Shown piece by piece: positions 62,420 to 64,000 of a DNA stretch of 64,000 nt. The stretch is from assembly GCF_963921235.1 (NCBI RefSeq), contig NC_086107.1, forward strand, positions 105,154,001-105,218,000, given 5' to 3'. A program made the position numbers and the translations under genes. The DNA comes from Mobula hypostoma. Lineage: Eukaryota. Below the pieces are notes generated by a model. That model saw only the letters and a list, made by a program, of their open reading frames with translations, did not search any database and was not told the origin of the DNA. The number at the start of each line of letters is the position of its first letter. Position 1 is the stretch's first letter.

Positions 62420-63335
62420 TGAAGGGAGACAAATCTTTTGAGGCCTGATCAACTCTATCTAATATGCTCTGGGAAGCTAGAGAAGAAATTGCAGGAGTCC
62501 TGGGTGAGATAGGACAAGTGGGGTGCTGGAAGACTGGAAAGTAGCTAATCTCGTGGCTTTACTTAAGAAGGGTTACAAAGAAAAGCATCTGGGTAGGTAA
62601 GTTACTGGAGGGAATTCTGAGGGATAAGCTATGCATGCATTTGGAAAGACAGGAGTTGGCTAGGGATAGACAGCATGACTTATCATAATGGAGATAATTT
62701 CTTTAAAATAAAATAGAGATTTTGAAGAAATTCGATGAAGGCAGGATGGTAAATGTAGTTTGTATGAACTATATCAAGGCATCTGATAAGGTCCCATTTG
62801 TAGCCTGGTTTGGAAAGTTAGAGCACATGGGATCCAGGAAGAGACATCTAACTGCATGTAGAATTGACTTGATGGTAGGATGCAAAGGGTTATGATAGGT
62901 TGTCTTTTGGACTGGAGCCTGTGACAAAGGTGCCTGAGAAGTTGGTGCTGGGCTTATTGTTGTTTATCATCTATATCAGTGATTTGAATGACAATGTATG
63001 AGGCATAGTTAGTAGGTGACGCACGGTTTCACATGACAGGAAAATAAGTGGTGCCAGAGTGAAGAAGCTTTTCTGGAGATATGGTAAGATCTTGATCAAC
63101 TGGGTAAGTGGGCTGTGGATTGGCAAATGAAGTGTAATTCAGGTAAGTGCAAGGTTTTGCAATTAGGAAGTCAAACCAGGGTAGGACGTTGACATTGAAT
63201 AGTAATGCCCTAGGGAGTGTTGTAGAACAGACACACCATGTCTACAAATATTAGTTCCTTGAAAGTGGTGTTACTGGCAGACAGGTGATAAAGAAGGATT
63301 TTGACATGCTGATTTTTATTAGTTAGGACACGATT
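62420..63335 (+). mobile_element. Old CR1 RT fragment
   Basis: EDWKVAN, KA.DKV and FN..KCKVL-like remnants. Confidence 0.75.
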
Positions 63336-63420
63336 ATTAGGAACCTGAGGGGCAGCTTTTTCAAATAGATGAATCAAAGTTCAAAGTACATTTATTATTA
63401 AACTGTATGCTGTATACAAT

Positions 63421-64000
63421 CACAAACACGAGGAATTCTGCAGATGCTGGAAACTCGAGCAACACACATCAAAGTTGCTGGTGAACGCAGCAGGCCAGGC
63501 AGCATCTCTAGGAAGAGGTACAGTCGACATTTCAGGCTGAGACCCTTCGTCAGGACTAATTGAAGAATGAGCTAGTAAGAGATTTAAAAGTGGGAGGGGG
63601 AGGGGGAGATCCAAAATGATAGGAGAAGACAGGAGGGGGAGGGATGGAGCCAAGAGCTGGACAGGTGATTGGCAAAAGGGATATGATAGGATCATGGGAC
63701 AGGAGGCCCAGGGAGAAGGAAAAGGGGGAGGGGGGGAAAGCGCAGAGAATGGGCAAGGGGTATAGTCAGAGGGACAGAGGGAGAAAAAGGAGAGTGAGAG
63801 AAAGAGTGTGTGTATATAAATAATGGATGGGGTATAAGGGGGAGGTGGGGCATTAGCGGAAGTTAGAGAAGTCAATGTTCATGCCATCAGGTTGGAGGCT
63901 ATAAACACATTCTTTCTCTCACTCGCCTTTTTCTCCCTCTGTCCCTCTGACTATACCCCTTGCCCATCCTCTGGGCTTTCTCCCCCTCCCCCTTTTCCTT
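63421..64000 (-). mobile_element. Penelope-like element 3' region with an adjoining inverted partial copy (63901-64000, runs off the window)
   Basis: Minus strand SLQPDGMNIDFSNFR* endonuclease end plus 3' region; 63901-64000 is the reverse complement of ~63716-63815. Confidence 0.9.
63522..63557 (-). ncRNA. Minimal type I hammerhead ribozyme motif, catalytic core intact
   Basis: AGUC-CUGACGA-AGG(GUCUCAG)CCU-GAAA-UG-UC-GACU: CUGANGA and GAAA cores, GUC cleavage triplet, stem I AGUC/GACU. Confidence 0.8.

Overview
Repeat-dominated vertebrate genomic DNA. The repeat families (CR1, Rex1/Babar, RTE, Penelope-like, V-SINE/HE1-like and Deu-SINE-like elements, plus a 33-bp GC-rich minisatellite) point to a cartilaginous fish, probably a ray (inference). 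I could not identify any host protein-coding exon; almost all listed ORFs are transposon fragments or chance ORFs. Host-gene signals are a CpG-island promoter with a first exon on the + strand (~17.07-17.30 kb: four ZNF143/SBS-like motifs, YY1, donor ACG|GTAAGT, RFX X-box) and a weaker TATA-type promoter on the - strand (~7.36 kb) with a T-box site cluster 2.3 kb upstream. The most interesting observations are: (1) a dispersed family of ~120-140 bp Penelope-derived inserts beginning at a minimal type I hammerhead ribozyme motif, some with clean target-site duplications; (2) a decayed ~1.3 kb viral envelope-like reading frame at 35.3-36.6 kb that the ORF track misses; (3) 33-bp minisatellites apparently born inside a Deu-SINE; (4) a Tigger/pogo element closely resembling mammalian MER2; (5) an old ~31-bp array split by nested insertions; (6) a tRNA-Leu(AAG) pseudogene. 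Boundaries of decayed repeats are approximate, and family names rest on recalled consensus sequences, not on searches.
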